From positions 186,001-250,000 of the forward strand of contig JBLDXI010000006.1 in the NCBI GenBank assembly GCA_047495785.1: a DNA stretch of 64,000 nucleotides, given 5' to 3'. The notes beneath the pieces were generated by a model. It searched no databases, had not been told where the DNA came from, and was given only the letters and a program-made list of their open reading frames with translations. Numbering within the stretch: position 1 is the stretch's first letter; each line of letters begins with the position of its first letter. The DNA is from Lepidodermella squamata (Eukaryota > Animalia > Gastrotricha). The position numbers were made by a program, and so were the translations under genes. Shown here piece by piece: positions 62,329-64,000 of the stretch.

Positions 62329-63675
62329 TGGTGCTTTCACAAATGCGTCCGACGAGCGTCCGACGTTTTCGGCGCCCGAAGTTTCGTAATAGCCACCCGA
62401 AGTAGCGTAATAGTTGTCCGACGTTTAGATTTTATTTCACAAACGCACGCACTCCGGCCCGCGCGCCCGAAGTTTAAACATTAGCGCGTCCGACGCGGCG
62501 CGCGCACGCACAACAAAGAACGTCGGATCGGAGGCCCCCAAAACTACCGTCCGAAGTGCGTCCGAACCGAAGTTGGTAGCGCGCACTATTATTACGCGCG
62601 CACCAATAGACATGAGTGCGCGCGCGCTCGTGCGGCCATTTGACTTCTTGACTGGCTGTAAAACACTCAAGCCGTCTTGAATTACGATGAGTCATGAAAA
62701 TGAGTTCGAAATTTACCGATTTTTCAATTTTTTTAGAGCCGCGCACGCCGAAAAACTAAGGCCGGCGAAACCGAGCTCGGCGCGGCAAGAATAAATTGAT
62801 GATATGCAAATCATGCGTCTTAATCACATAATTTTTCGATGAAATTTAGATTTTTATGATCCGCATGCATATTTTCCGGCCCGCCGGTGTTTCCTCCGCG
62901 CGCGCGCGCGCTCCTATTGGTTGGCTCGTTTTACGCAATACGTTATTGCGCAACGAATAATTGCAGCCCTCCCTCGCGCGCACGCGCAGGAAAATGTACA
63001 AGTCCGAAATTCAGGAGAATAACGGTGCGCTAGGGGTTGGATATAAGTGGTGGGTGGAATAAAAGGCGAAATTTTTGTATTTTCGCTTTTTTTCATTGGT
63101 ATTTCAAGTTGATTTTAAATTTGAGCAGAATTTGAGCAGATAAAATAGCCTAAAATAGCCTAAAATAGCCTAAAATAGCGCGCCTAAAATGGCTATTTCC
63201 AGTTTATTTTTTTTTATTTTTTATTTTTTCATAAAAAAAAGCGTGTTCTTCGAAAAAAATCCATCACATCCTTTCTCTTCAATCAACTTTTTAAATACTT
63301 ATGGCCGCTTAATGTTGCGCAAAAGGCCCCAACCAATAGGAGCGCGCGCGCGGAGGAAACACCGGCGGGCCGGAAAATGTGCGATCCGCATCGCATTTCA
63401 CGTCTCATTATTTAGTTGAATTCGGCATTTACGCTGAAATAGAAATTTTTTTGCCTGACCCCGGTACCTAGCCTGCCACTCGTGTGCACGCGCGCTCAAG
63501 TGCGTGACCTTCAGCAACTTCGGCGACTAAACAATAGAGACTTCGGGCGCCCGACCGCGCGCGCGCGCTTCCGAAGTGCCACTGATAACGCTCTCCGACG
63601 TTTCGCTTCACTCTACCGAAGTTTGCGAGTTGCTAGCCGAAGTTTTCACCGTCGGACGCATTTGTGAAAGCACCA
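62329..63675. mobile_element. Non-autonomous PIF/Harbinger-type element (1347 bp)
   Basis: Perfect 26-bp TIR tggtgctttcacaaatgcgtccgacg and TAA TSD (62326-62328, 63676-63678), with internal ccgaag/tccgacg motifs. Confidence 0.88.
62867..63382. mobile_element. Mutator-like MITE (516 bp) nested in the Harbinger element
   Basis: ~58-bp near-perfect TIRs (gcatattttccggcccgccggtgtttcctccgcg...ctcctattggttgg), a 9-bp TSD gatccgcat (62858-62866, 63383-63391) and an internal (aaaatagcct)n tandem. Confidence 0.85.
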
Positions 63676-64000
63676 TAAGCAATGACTTCACTTTCAAAGC
63701 CATTGAATTGCTGAAGCCGCAGTCAGGCCCGGGCGGGAATTCCATCGACCCCGTTCTGGGCTTTCGTCTTAGCTTCAGCAAAGGTAGCGCCCGTGTTGGC
63801 GATGGTGAGGCCATCGGCATAGGCGTCCAGGGATGAGGTCCCAGGTACACTCGGTGAGCGGAGCAGGTCGCTTGTGTTGATGATGTAGAGGAGCGGAGAA
63901 AGCAGGGACCATTAAGAAACACTGCTGGCTGAATAAACCGGCCGCGTGAGCCTGGAATTTCCGATCGCGCAAGTAATCGATCCGATCGCGGCAGGGGCAA

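Larger units (their letters stand above)
61775..64000 (-). mobile_element. Decayed non-LTR retrotransposon (LINE) reverse transcriptase
   Basis: Minus-strand fragments SLLSPLLYIINTSDL, AYADGLTI (YADD-derived), LRLIIDEHVTW and SATKTQLRRFDAIQNNCLRAIL, with stops and frameshifts. Interrupted at 62329-63675. Confidence 0.75.

Overview
This is compact animal (metazoan) genomic DNA, not prokaryotic. Genes are densely packed and most introns I could resolve by hand are GT-AG and about 47-61 bp. The window holds three intronless GABA-B-like class C GPCRs, one canonical nicotinic alpha subunit, two divergent Cys-loop channels, a cadherin-repeat membrane protein, a PAN/C-type-lectin/kringle mosaic, a prolyl-3-hydroxylase-like oxygenase, a papain-family protease, several duplicated orphan secreted proteins, and MITE/LINE relics. 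Manual splicing gave two standout results. (1) Three signal-peptide-bearing ankyrin-repeat proteins: SP-trypsin-3xSushi-ANK (33814-36544) and SP-Sushi-ANK (55039-57178), which share a homologous cap after a phase-0 intron, plus SP-ANK (<1-1711). (2) A seven-exon RAG1/Transib-like DDE transposase (52587-54789) with NBD-like, DDE and Zn-binding motifs, head-to-head with a PB1-like gene (51318-52077) rather than a RAG2-like gene. All domain calls are by-eye motif recognition; no database search was run, so novelty is unverified.
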